64,000 nt of DNA from Octopus vulgaris (GCA_951406725.2 OX597828.1:62744001-62808000); one strand, 5' to 3'; positions 38,392 through 51,531 are shown, numbered from the stretch's first letter. The notes: generated by a model from the letters alone, not told the origin. A program made the numbers and translations.

Positions 38392-39266
38392 GTCAGTATC
38401 TAAGAAGATGGTCATGGGTAGAATGTCTATCGTAGTTATTTCCAGCTCTTTATATTCTGAGTTCAATCCTTGCCCAGGACAACTTTGACTTTCATCGTTC
38501 TGGAGATGTTAAAGTAAAAATAAATACCAGTCATATACTGAGGGAGAGGGTATTTAAATATTCCCTGTAAAGCATCCTAGATATGAACAGAATTACACTA
38601 AAAGAAATCTCTGAGAATGGTGTGAACAAAATATCTTTCTGGCTGAGTATTCCTATCACTGGTTCCAGTCATTGGACTGTTGCCATGCTGGAAACACTGC
38701 CCTCTGGGTGGTTTTCTTCTAATCACTAAGCAATATTTGCATATTTGATTCTTAAAGGCAACATTGACCTTGGTGGGATTTGAACACAGCACCTAAAGCC
38801 AGAAGAAAAGCTGCTAAACATTCTGTCAGTTGCCAGATTGTTGCTCTATCATAAATTAAAAAAATAAATGGGTAAAATTTTTAAGCATAAACAATATGGA
38901 GCACTTATGAGTATGCATATACAACACACACACACACAGGTACATAAATACATACACACACACACACATACACACAGGTACATAAATACATACACACACC
39001 TCTGTCAGTGTTTATATCAAGCATGACCAATCTTTTGCAAGATGTGGGCTGCATAGAACATGCCTCACCATCAAGCAGGTTGCACCACTGCAAAAAATTA
39101 GTTGTGCCTTCCAGAAAGTTCCATGGGTCACAGTCTGCCCAAGGTTTATGAATTGTGAATTGGGGATTTCCTTATTTCCTCAGAATTCTTCTCATTTTGT
39201 TTGCTATTTAAATTGTTTTTTGTTTTTTTTATTTCTAAATTGTTTTTCTTCTTCCACCCATGAAAG

Positions 39267-39381
39267 CCATTAATTCGACGGTGCCATGAATGTCGGGATC
39301 TTGTTGATGAAGCAAAGAAATTCCATCTACGTCCAGATCTTCGGAGTGGGATGTGTAGCCTGAGGACTCAACCCCGTTATG
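39267..39381 (+). CDS. KLHL12: KLHL12 coding exon 5
   Basis: Bounded by aag| and |gtgaat. PLIRRCHECRDLVDEAKKFHLRPDLRSGMCSLRTQPRY(G); CRDLVDEAKKFHLRP is KLHL12-typical. The acceptor is weak (aag). Confidence 0.9.
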
Positions 39382-40260
39382 GTGAATGCTCCACTGTTTT
39401 ATGCTTTTCTGGAACAACACTTCTACACACATGCACACACACACACACACACACACGCGCGCGTGCACACACACACACACACACTCTCTCTCTCTCTGTC
39501 CCTCTGTGTGTGTGTCTCTCTTGCTCTGTCTCTGTTTCTCTGTGTTTGTGTCTTTCTGTCACTCTCTCTTTCTCTTCTTCTCTCTGTCTATCAGTTTATC
39601 TCTCTCTATTGCTCTTTCTATCTTTCTCTCTATCTCTTCCTCTCTCTCATTGCTACCAACAACATCAATCTACGTCCACTATTACTCATCATTTTAACCC
39701 TAACAAACACCCCACCACCACCAATAAATCATCAAAGCCCATTACCATAGCAACAGTAGTGAGCGCACAAGTGATTCTTTACACAGTCACTTGACTTGCT
39801 AGAAATAGCAGCCAAACTTTTCAATACTGGTTTTTATACCTGCCAACATCGTTGCAGGTTCTAAAAACATGCCTGAACCAATGAACACTTGATGAAAATT
39901 TGGAAAAAACTCTGTGTAAAATCTCTGTGTTTCTCTAATGGTCTCTGTTTCTTGAAGTTGGAGCAGAAGACACTTGCCCAGGGTGCCAAACTGTGGGACT
40001 CAACCTCAAATTACATGATTGCAGAGCAAATTTCTTAACTACACGGTCATGCTTTTTATTTATATATATATAAAAGCACTGGTGATGGTGCCACATAGAA
40101 AGCTTCCAGTACACTGTGTTGGCATTAGGAAGGGCATCCAATCATAGATACGATTCCAAAACAGTCAACAGAACCTGGTGCAGTTCCTGGCTTTGCCAAC
40201 TCTTGTTAAAACCATTCAACTCATGCCAGCAAGGAAAACAGATGTTAAATGATGATGACG

Positions 40261-40313
<53 letters not shown>

Positions 40314-40399
40314 TAATGCAATACAAAGTAAAATATCCAGTAAATATTGGTACTTAGTTGTGCCATTTATTTACTAATTTGTATATATATATATATATA

Positions 40400-40651
40400 T
40401 ATATTAGAAGAAATGAGGTACTCAGAAATTCGGATGTTTTTATATTTACAGATATTTATTTGTATATTACATGTTTTTATACATCATATAACTTAGATCA
40501 TGTATTAGCCCTTTCTCCCATTCTAGTGGGGTTTTCAAATCGAACTAAGTTCCTGTGTAAAAAGTTTTGACCATTTTATAGTGTTATTGAGTGTGTAGTG
40601 GTGGGGAGGGATATAAAACAGTGCAAGAGGGTGATGGATGAGGAGAAAGTG

Positions 40652-40709
<58 letters not shown>

Positions 40710-42446
40710 ATGTGTGTGTGCATGTGTGTGTTTTTGTATTTGGAAGAAGTGTTAAAGAAAAAGAGGGGAAGGGAGAGGCAAGAAGAAGAAAAAATGTTTG
40801 TTCTGCTGGACAGGATGTTTACTTCAAGCTGGGTCTAAGATCTTGGGGAAAAAGAATTTAAGTTTTGACCATTTCATAGTGTTATTGAGAGTGTAGTGGT
40901 GGGGAGGGACATAAGAAGGTAGACCATAAATTATATTTCCTTTTTATCATTGTGAGATAGTGTGTATGTGTGTGTGTTTAATGAGGGATGGTCAAATGGT
41001 TTTGGGGTTTTAGAGAAGAAGAATTCTTTTTATTATTATTTTGTGGAGGTGTGTGTGTGTGTGTGAGTGTGTGTGTGTGGGTTTCTGTGAGTTTGGAGAA
41101 GGGAAGAAAGGAGAAGAAGAAAAAAAAAGGAAGAAGAAATAATTGTGTTGATATTTATACTACTATATATATATATATATATACTAAATGCTACATTATG
41201 TTAAATTGTAAATTGAAAGATTTGTCCTTCAATGTATGATGAGCAAAATTTCATAAGGTCCCATTCTTGAAAAAGAGACTTTCTTGTGTTGAAGTTACAG
41301 ATGACAGAATACAAACTGACAACTACTGAGTCTGATCTTCAATTGATTTAGTCTAATATCTCACTGATTGACACTGATTGACATAGGTGAAACTGGAAAT
41401 TCTTTGTGCCAATGAGCCAGGATTCACCAACAAAATGTCCGACAGGAAGAACTGTGCAAGATACCACTGAGTAAACACCTAGATACATGTGGAGAAGGAA
41501 AATTTAAGATCTTTCCCTTCTACAAATGTCCAAACAACGACACCTCCTTCAGGAGGAATATGGAAAAATACTTCATAACTAACTTCTCCCCCAAATTGAA
41601 TGGCTGAAAATATCTCAATAATAAGCTGTACCAGATGAAGGACCAAATTTGTTAAGAAAACTGTATTAAACACACAAACACACAGTTCTACACATATGTT
41701 TTGGTTTTTGAAAATACAACATTGAACAAAGGATATTCTAATATTTGAATGAAACCATTTCACTTTAATTTGTGGAACCAGTTGCTCCTGTATGATAAAA
41801 CTTAATATTTATTTAACTGTCAATCAGTGAGATATTAGACTAAATCAATTGAAGATCAGACTCAGTAGTTGTCAGTTTGTATTCTGTCATCTGTAACTTA
41901 AACACAAGAAAGTCTCTTTTTCAAGAATGGACCTTATGAAATTTTGCTCATCATACATTGAAGGACAAATCTTTCAATTTACAATTTAACATAGTGTAGC
42001 ATTTAGTATATATATATATATATATAGTGGTATAAATATCAACACAATTATTTCTTCTTCTTTTTTTTTCTTCTTCTCCTTTCTTCCCTTCTCCAAACTT
42101 ACAGACACCCATACACACACCTCCACAAAATAATAATAAAAAGAATTCTTCTTCTCTAAAACCCCAAAACCATTTGACCATCCCTCATTAAACACACACA
42201 CATACACACTATCTCACAATGATAAAAAGGAAATATAATTTATGGTCTACCTTCTTATGTCCCTCCCCACCACTACACTCTCAATAACACTATGAAATGG
42301 TCAAAACTTAAATTCTTTTTCCCCAAGATCTTAGACCCAGCTTGAAGTAAACATCCTGTCCAGCAGAACAAACATTTTTCTTCTTCTTGCCTCTCCCTTC
42401 CCCTCTTTTTCTTTAACACTTCTTCCAAATACAAAAACACACACAT

Positions 42447-42521
<75 letters not shown>

Positions 42522-42770
42522 TTTCTCCTCATCCATCACCCTCTTGCACTGTTTTATATCCCTCCCCACCACTACACACTCAATAACACTATAAAATGGT
42601 CAAAACTTTTTACACAGGAACTTAGTTCGATTTGAAAACCCCACTAGAATGGGAGAAAGGGCTAATACATGATCTAAGTTATATGATGTATAAAAACATG
42701 TAATATACAAATAAATATCTGTAAATATAAAACCATCCGAATTTCTGAGTACTTCATTTCTTCTAATATA
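40400..42770 (+). mobile_element. Penelope-like element: 5'-truncated GIY-YIG remnant plus 3' tail, with an inverted ~970 bp copy of the tail upstream
   Basis: 41383-41607 reads IGETGNSLCQ*ARIHQQ..SKHLDTC..FKIFPFY..RRNMEKYFITNFSPKLNG*. Arms 40400-41373 and 41818-42770 are near-identical inverted repeats. Confidence 0.8.
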
Positions 42771-42797
42771 AAATACCTGTACATCATCTCCAAACCT

Positions 42798-42850
<53 letters not shown>

Positions 42851-42920
42851 GAAAAATCAAAATGAAGGTAAAATGAGTATTTCAAGTCATTTAGAATAAT
42901 TTAATTAGGGTAAATTTGAA

Positions 42921-42996
42921 GTCTTACAACCGTTTCTGGGATGACCTAGGTGGTTGGTTAGCATGTTTGTGCACTGGGTATTCCATCATCAGAGAA
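42921..42996 (-). ncRNA. Type I minimal hammerhead ribozyme motif (Penelope-type)
   Basis: tct-CTGATGA-tggaatacccag...ctaggtcatccca-GAAAC-ggtt-GTA-aga: intact core, imperfect stem II, AC/GU stem III, 3-bp stem I. Confidence 0.55.
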
Positions 42997-43055
42997 AAAG
43001 TGTGAATATTTTAGACGGGGAAATTTCACAGATTACAAGGAATAAAATAGAAATA

Positions 43056-43570
43056 CAGTTCTATATTTAAGAGATGAGGAATTCTGTACATTATTTATAT
43101 TACTTACATTTGACGGGTATTTGTCTTCATCTTGTTTGTTGTTAACACAACGTTTCAGCTGATATACCCTCCAGCCTTCATCAAGTGTCTTGGAGAAATT
43201 TTGAACCTGGGTTCTCATTCCTAAGTTATTTTTCGATGTTATTATTCTGATCCCTGCCTGGAATTGTAGTCAGAATTGGGGTTAGTAGCCCGTGCTCTTA
43301 ACCACTACGCCATGGACATATTGCATAGTGGTTAAGATCACAGGCTACTAACCCCAAGATTCCGAGTTTGATTCCAGGCATGGTCCTGAATAATAATAAT
43401 AATAATAATGACAACAACATCAAAAAATACCTTAGGAATGAGAAGCCAGATTCAAAATTTCCCCAAGACACCTGATGAATGCTGGAGGGTATATCAGCTG
43501 AAATGTTGTGTTAACAACAAACGAGATGAGAACAAATATCCATCAAATGAAAATAATGTAAATAATGTGA
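43056..43570. mobile_element. Head-to-head pair of short elements, each with a tRNA-like head and a hammerhead-like tail
   Basis: A-box tagtggttaag, B-box-like gtttgattcc and anticodon-like arm ggg-ctactaa-ccc; tails of the form gacac-ctgatga-a-ggctg..cagc-gaaac-gtt-gtgtt. Confidence 0.75.
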
Positions 43571-44210
43571 ATAAAATAGAAGAATAAAGAGTAAAAGTAG
43601 CTTACTCCTTTATTTTTCTATTTTAATCCTTATATACTGTGAATTTTATTCCTTGTGTGTGTGTGGGGGGGGGGGGGTCACTTGACTGACCAGACTATCA
43701 GACAATGTAACTTGCATTATTGTAGCTTTTGAATGTTGCCCCTGCACTGGTTAAGTGGGCAGAGCCAACATTCCCCTCTTAAATGGTATGACAGTCCATC
43801 ACAGGGGTACCCGTTTACAGCTGAATGGACTGGAATAACGGGAAATGAATATGTAGCAGTCTGGGAATTGAAACCACGATGTTATCATGAGTGCAGCGCT
43901 TTAATCACCACACCACACACCTTTATTTATATCAGATGTTGCTACACATCGCTGGTCACCATGCGCTTCACATTGTTTTAGCCTCCAAATGATGCCACCC
44001 CGCTGGCTAAGTGAGCAGGCCAACAGAAGAAAGAGTGAGATATTGTTGTGGCGAAAGAGTACAGCAGGGATCACCACCACCTCCTGCCAGAGCCTTGTGG
44101 AACTTTAGGTGTTTTCACTCAATAAACACTCACAACGTCCGGTCTGGGAATCGAAACCGCGATCCTACGACTGCGTGTCCGCTGCCCTAACCACTGGGCC
44201 ATTGTGCCTC

Positions 44211-44244
<34 letters not shown>

Positions 44245-44314
44245 ATATTATATGCATTTATATATGCATACACACACACACAAGTATGTACTGACTCTCA
44301 TTTTTATCTAACAG

Positions 44315-44421
44315 GTAATCAAGAAGTTGTCGTGATTCTTGGAGGGTTTGGCTCCCACCAGAATTTAGTTGACACTGTTGAAATGTACAATCCAAAGACA
44401 TCAGAATGGAAATATCTACCT
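44315..44421 (+). CDS. KLHL12: KLHL12 coding exon 6 (Kelch 1)
   Basis: Bounded by ctaacag| and |gtaagt. NQEVVVILGGFGSHQNLVDTVEMYNPKTSEWKYLP. Confidence 0.93.
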
Positions 44422-44592
44422 GTAAGTACCATTGTCAGTATTATTCTCTGTTTCAGAGGAAGGCATAGATGTTTATAACAATCTAATCTTTTATGCTAAC
44501 AAAAAACCCTTAAAGGATTTAACCCTAAATCTAAAATAGATTGAAATGCAATAGATTGATACTAGGGCCATAATCATGGGTGACATTTTCAT

Positions 44593-45013
44593 TTGACACC
44601 GCTAGAAAAAAATCTCATTTTCCGTAGCGGTGTCAAATGAAAATGTCACCCATAATTATGGCCCTAGTATCAATCTATTGCATTTCAATCTATTTTAGAT
44701 TTAGGGTTAGGGTTAGGGGTGGGGGAAGGGTATTTTTTTTCTTCACAAATGTAAATAAACCCAATGTGTTTCTTAAAGGAGGGACATATTCATACAGCAC
44801 GGAATGTTGTTTACCTAAATGGAGGTCAGGGATTGGTTAAAATTGCTGAAATGCTCGAAATTAAAGTGGAAATATGTTACAACATATAGAATTTTCTCAA
44901 TAAAGCCAAGAAAAAATGATGTTTTATAAACACATTCTACCAGTATACGAAGTTTAAAAGTGTTTAGTTAACTAGAAATTATGTTACAAAGTGCCGTTCA
45001 AAAGGAAAAGATC
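44593..45013. mobile_element. Non-autonomous DNA element with internal TTAGGG units, preceded by an inverted copy of its left part
   Basis: Ends atctcattttcc and ggaaaagatc; tttagggttagggttaggg at ~44700; arms 44520-44604 and 44624-44709. Confidence 0.5.
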
Positions 45014-45958
45014 CATGCTTATTTAATTCACATTGTTTCAAATTAATTATGCTTTATCTCATAGATTTGAGATTTTGACGATGTGATTGTTTATTTTGAA
45101 AATGACAGTGTAGGGTAGGTGTGAGAAGCTGGATCTGGATGGTTTAACTCTTTCGTATTCAAATTTTTCTGTTGAATGTAAAGCTTATTTATTCACATTG
45201 CTTTGAATTAATCCTGCATTATCTCATAGCTTTGAGAGTTCAATAATGTGATTGTTGTATTTTTACAAGGACATTGTAGGGTAGGTGTGAGAGATCTGAT
45301 CTGGCTGGTTTCAACATATAACGTATAAAATATTTGGCCAGATATGGCTGGTTTAAATGCTGAAGGGTTAAATAAAAATCAGGCAGAATATTTGGGCTGG
45401 ATATGACCAGTTGAAATGCTCAAGGGTGGGATATTCTGAGATATTTGCTTGACATTTGTTAACAGCACATGACAGGAACAGGGAGGATATAAATAGGGGT
45501 CTCCTGGAATGTGTGAGGAGAGGATTTTCTGCTGTGAGATTCCCTGTGGTACAGCAGAACCTGCACATTGATACACAACATTCATTGTGATGTCCCTTTA
45601 TCTCCGGACGATATTACCTGGATAGCAATGTCATTGGTCATTACCCTTTGCTGTGAATCCGCTCCTACAAGCGAAGAGGATATTCTGTCTAGTGACTTTG
45701 TCCAAGGAGGGGCAATGCCCATGGATTTTGTCATGGCTTTGGTCGGTCATCATACTTGCCCAAATTGCCATTCAGTGGAACTGAACCCAAAACTACATGA
45801 CTGCAAAGCCATGTTCTTAATTCCATTGTCATGTCTGTGACTATACAAAGTCTTTGAGTGAACCAAAGCCACCTTTTGTAAATCTACAAGACTCCGCTTT
45901 GTGTAATATCCATTTTCATCTTAATTAATCACCAAATTATTCTAATTGGTTCCACTAG

Positions 45959-46151
45959 AGTCTGCTGAAATCCCGGCGCTATGTATCTGCAGTATCATTA
46001 AATGGTAAAATTTATGTTATTGGTGGCTATGATGGTCAAGCACGGTTAAACTCTGTAGAATGTTTGGACACAACAGCTGAAGAAGCCCAATGGCAAAATG
46101 TGGCACCAATGAATCAACACAGAGGCTTAGCAGGAGCTTGTGTTTACAAAG
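45959..46151 (+). CDS. KLHL12: KLHL12 coding exon 7 (Kelch 2)
   Basis: Bounded by ccactag| and |gtagag. [37 protein letters not shown]...[20 protein letters not shown](G). Confidence 0.93.
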
Positions 46152-48230
46152 GTAGAGAATTGGATTTCTTTAAATATTTCGGAGTGGTGTGATGATGGTG
46201 ATGATGATGTTGTTGTTATTGTTGTCATTGGTGGTTTAAGATTTATTGTGATGGTGATGGTGGTGTTGTTATTGTAGTTGTTGATGTTGTTGTTAGTGGT
46301 GATGGTTAGCTGGTTGTTAGTATTGTGCTGCAAGATAATGTTGTTATTGCTGTTTAGCCCTGAGTTGATCCTGGTCAAGCTGACCTGTAGCTAAAAGTTT
46401 ACAAGCCTTCACTGTCCTCTCTTTTCATTTTAGGATATTGTCCAATGCACATTTTATGTTTTAATAGATTTGGATCTTATTCAAGGTAATGAGCTGGCAG
46501 AATCATTATCGCTCCAGACAAAATGCTTTGTGGCATTTCATCTGTCTTTACATTGCGAGTTCAAATTCCACCAAAGCTGATTTTGTCTTTCATCTATTCA
46601 GGGTCAGTAGAATAAGTACCAGTTGATTGCAGGGGTCAATGTGATCGATGTAGCCCCTCCTCTTGAATTATTGGTCTTGTGGAAAAATATGAAAGCAATA
46701 TATTACAATGTTATTTGATGGAATTTGACTGTTGTTTCTAGCAAGACATGCAATCACATAACCTGACTCATTCTGAAAGATGTGTTGACATTCTTCTTAG
46801 TGGTATGCTTGCTTTTTAACCTTGGGCAGACTCCCATTGACCAGAAAAGGATCAATGACAGCCCGGCTGTTATGTTCCTGTCTTGTGGAGAAGAATACTG
46901 CATCTCAAAGTGCAGCACATAATCTGGTTTCCCTGCATTTTTAATGCTATTCCTTTGTGATATGAGATTTCTCTGCCATTTCTAGCAAGTTCAGTCACAA
47001 GCAAAGGGTTTTACATCATCAAGTGGTTTGTGAGGTTGTAGTGACTGGATGCTGAATCCAGAAGTAGTTTATGTGGTAGTAGTGAGTAGTTATAGTGAGT
47101 CAATGTAGCAAGTAGTTTATGAGGTAGTTGTCACTGGATAGTTAACGAAGAAATAATTTATTAGATAATATTAACTGAATTGTGTAGGAATCAACTGCTT
47201 TTCTGAGTTGTGGATGTCGTTGGTGTCATGTAAATGGCACCTGTGCTGGTGGCACATAAAAAGCACCCATTACACTCTTGGAGTGGTTGGCATTAGGAAG
47301 GGCATCATCCAGCCACAGAAACCTTGCCAAATCAGACAGGAACCTGGTGCAGCTCTCTGGTTTACCAGTTCCAGTCAAACCGTCCAACCCATGCCAGCAG
47401 GGAAAGCGGATGTTAAATGGTGATGGTGATGATGACATATTTTTGTTTTAATAATTAAATGAAAGATTGATGTATGTTAGAATTATTTGGATGGTTTAAT
47501 ATGTGTGAACGGCAGGTCTGACTGCAGATTCCCACATAAAGTTATGACCTATTGAAATGTCATCATCATCATCATATCCTTTCGCATCTGTCTTCCTGGC
47601 TGATGTGGGTTGGACCGTTTGACAGAATCTCACTAAATTGGAAGACTGCTTCATGCTCCAGTGTCTGGGTATGATGTGGTTTCTGTGGCTGGGTGCCTTT
47701 CTTAAATCCAACTACTTTACTGAATGTTCTCGATGCTCATTTTGGGTCCCTAGTGCAAATGATGTCAGTAATTTGCAAGACAATGAAAATGTCCCCCTCG
47801 TCTCTGTATATTTGTTGCCATGGTCTGAAAGGTATGACAGAGGGAGAAGCACAGGTGTTTCTGTTATGGAGGAGATATGTGGCTACCCTGTATTATTAAG
47901 AGTGGTCATAAGTTGCTGGAAAGAAGACAAAAGCAGTACTGACAAGTTTACTGTCAAGGGACAAGAAGATGAGTTTGTAAAAGAATTGAGAGGAAAGGTG
48001 AAAGATGGTGACCAATGAAAAGATAAGGATGTGAGAGGAAATTTAAAAGAAGGAGATGGAACAGACAGTTTGAAGAAGGAGATGGAAGGGAATGGAGTAT
48101 GGAGTGTGAAGGGGAAAGAAATAGGATTGGCTGAAATGGTGAAAGATTTGTACTGAGGTTCCAGGCTTCAGTAGTCATCACTGACCAATGACAAATTTAC
48201 AAGGCAAAATCATGTTTGATCTCTTTCCAG

Positions 48231-48488
48231 GGAAAATCTATGTTTGTGGTGGGTTTGATGGTTACTCTCGACACACAAGTATGGAGGTTTATAATGTTGT
48301 GCTTGACCAGTGGATATTACTGTGTGGTATGTCTGTTGGTCGTGAAGGAGCTGGACTTGTTGTGGCCAGAGACAAGATTTACTGTATTGGAGGATATGAT
48401 GGGGTTAATCTCCTTGATTCAGGAGAAGTTTATGATCCAGACACTGAACGATGGTCACCCATGGAACCAATGTCCACTCGACGATCAG
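48231..48488 (+). CDS. KLHL12: KLHL12 coding exon 8 (Kelch 3-4)
   Basis: Bounded by tttccag| and |gtcagc. KIYVCGGFDGYSRHTSMEVY...REGAGLVVARDKIYCIGGYDGVNLL...MSTRRS(G). Confidence 0.94.
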
Positions 48489-49476
48489 GTCAGCAGCTTA
48501 CCTTTATTTCAGCTTGTATTTTTTTTTTCCTTTTGTGTTTGTTTATTATTGTTATTTATTTCCCTTTTTTTTTTCTGTCTGTAAAAACTGGACACATTAT
48601 TCGATAGAAATTTTACTTCATATTAATTTATATAGACATAGATATTTGACCTACAAATGTCAATGTATATGTGTTGCTGAAGTGAACAGTTAGGTTGTAG
48701 GTGCTACCATAGTGTAGCCAAATACTAAGGTTAGTACAATCAACTATTCCTGCAATGAAAAATGGGTGACCATTTTTTCCAGTAGTAAAAATCCCTGTTA
48801 TTTTCATCAGTAAGTGACAGAAATTATCTTGTTAGCAAATAAAGGAAGTTAATCCTGGACAAGTTCTGCCTTGTTGTGTTTTTTCAGTAGCAATTACAGA
48901 CCATTCTCTTACCAAATAAATAGCTTAGTAAACATTCTAAATGATAAATTTTTTTGTCTTAGATTGAAATTGATAAGTATATTAATTTAAGATGACAACA
49001 ATTAATTTGGTGAAAAAATATTTTTCTACATATTCCACTTACAAACTTATGCATAATTAAATCTTTAGTTGTTGCTGTTATTGTTTGGCCCAGGACAGCT
49101 CTAATCTAGCAACCCTACAACCAAAGGTGTTCCATCTGTGACCACCCTTTCTTTTAATGTTTTATTCCCCATTCTATACTTAAGGCCTTCCTTGATGTTG
49201 CTGTTTACCCCCGGGGCAGTCACAGTCATGCAGACCTTCGATCAAAACCATTCCAGCCATGATGACATCTTTTATTTACACATTGTATCCAGGATGCATT
49301 ATACATTGTGTTCCCCTCTTTGTTTTTTCTTAATACAGGACAATGTGACTTGATGGTGATTTGGCTGCTATTTCTGGCATAAAGGCCAACCACACATATG
49401 CTGTTATGTTGAATGTTCAAATTGTTAGTGTATCCTTTATGTATATTTAAATTGCTGATGTAATTATCTGTTTTAG

Positions 49477-49663
49477 GGGCAGGTGTTGCTGTTGTTAATG
49501 ACATCATATATGTGTGTGGTGGCTATGATGGCTCGAACCATTTGTCCAGCGTAGAATGTTACAACAGCTACACTGGTCACTGGACATCAATACAGAATAT
49601 GACTGTACCAAGATGTTATGTTGGTGCTTGTATCTTACGAGGGAAGCTTCTAGTGGTTGCTGG
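49477..49663 (+). CDS. KLHL12: KLHL12 coding exon 9 (Kelch 5)
   Basis: Bounded by gttttag| and |gtaagt. [29 protein letters not shown]...[18 protein letters not shown](G). Confidence 0.93.
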
Positions 49664-50269
49664 GTAAGTTGTAGTTTTTCCATCATTTAACTTTGCCGTC
49701 CTTGCATGGGTCAAACAGAATTCATTGAGACAGTTCTTCTACAGCCAGATGCCCTTCCTGTCACCCACCTTCAACTGTTTCCAGATAATATGTCCTCAGG
49801 GCCAGACATGTTCGTCATGGAGCACTGGAAATGAACAACATCATTCATACAATGGTGATGCTCATTTGTAGCCATCACCTGATGTCAAGACAAGGACACA
49901 CACACACACTATGAGCTTCTTTCAGTTTCCATCTACCAAATACACTCACAAAGCTTTGGTTGATATCTGCCAAAAGTGTTACACTGTGGGACTGAACCCA
50001 AAATCTCATGCTTGGGAAGCAAGCTTCTTAACCACACAGCAAACTCTGTGACTGAATTAGTCTCCTTCTGTAACTTTGTTAATTGGATACAATTAATTAT
50101 GTTAAATAACTTAAGTGCAATCATGGCTGTGTTGTTAAGTTCACTTCTTGAAGCTGTGGTCTTAGGTTCAGTCCCACTTGGTAGCACTTTAGCCCTAAGC
50201 AACCCTAACCATAACCCAAGCCCTTGCCTGTAGATTCGGTTGACAGAAACTGAAAGAAGGCTGTTGTAG

Positions 50270-50320
<51 letters not shown>

Positions 50321-50659
50321 TGTTTACCTCTTCAATCAGTATGCAGTGTCATTGTTGTCGTCAGTCTCTCCTGTCAACAAGTCATCCATATTGACTGTGC
50401 CTTGGCAGCTCATAAGAAATAAGTGGTCGCTTATTTGCAGTTAAGGGTTAATGCCTGGAAGAGTATCCAGCTATAAAACAATGCCTCAAATAACATGAGT
50501 AACTCATGTAAGCATGGTAAAATAAATGCACAACAAACAAGCATTCATTGAGGAATGTTGGTGGCCTGCCCACCCAGCCTGTGGAGTGGCATCATTTTGT
50601 TAACTAAGTACTTCGGGAACAGCTTTGTAAGCCAACATCTGGTCGATATAGTAATACAG

Positions 50660-50698
<39 letters not shown>

Positions 50699-51137
50699 CA
50701 CACACGCATATCATCATTTTAATGTCCATGGGTCAGACTGAAGATCAGATTTTCTATGGCTGGATGCCTTTTCTTTTGCCAAATCTTGCCTGTTTCCAAA
50801 CAATCTAATACTTCTCCTATGACCAGAAATATTTTCATATATGAAGGCAAAGAGACAGAAACACACACACTGGGTTTCTTTCAGTTTCCGTCTACCAAAT
50901 CCACTCACAAAGCATTGGAAGATACTTAGCCAAAGTGCCATTCTTCAGGTGTCTTCTATAATCTTGGGCCCACCAATGTCTTCTGAGTTGATCCACCATA
51001 GATTTCTTCTGTACACATGTAATAAATAAAATTTTTTTTGAAGTTTGAGATTGTTTTTTGTTGTTTTTTTTTCTTCTTTTTTTGTTTATTCTTACCATTT
51101 CTTTTTCAAAATTTCCTCCATCTTCTGTATATTTCAG

Positions 51138-51285
51138 GTATGATGGAAATACATTGCTAAATTCTATGGAGAGTTTTGACCCCTTGAAGAACACTTGGGA
51201 AATAATCGGCCAGAATATGTCCACCCAACGCTGTGATGCTGGTGTTGCAATCATCCGCTATTTTCCTGAACATCTTTGTCAATGA
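51138..51285 (+). CDS. KLHL12: KLHL12 last coding exon (Kelch 6)
   Basis: atttcag| acceptor; YDGNTLLNSMESFDP...QRCDAGVAIIRYFPEHLCQ*. The ten exons sum to 1731 nt, in frame (576 aa plus stop). Confidence 0.93.
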
Positions 51286-51390
51286 AGGACTCTCGAGATT
51301 TCAGTATATACATATATACATATACACACAAATATGCATGCATACATACACACACAAATCTCTCTCTCCCTCCCTCTCTATATATGTATG

Positions 51391-51452
<62 letters not shown>

Positions 51453-51500
51453 GAGTGACAGATATGTGTGTACACATATATATGTGTGTATATACACATA

Positions 51501-51531
<31 letters not shown>

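Noticed and set aside
43322-43380. Functional tRNA-Ser(ACT) gene
   Set aside because: Acceptor and T stems are imperfect, and it is fused to a repeat tail in two diverged copies; it is a SINE-type head.
44700-44720. Interstitial telomere
   Set aside because: Only about 3 TTAGGG units, inside a dispersed repeat.
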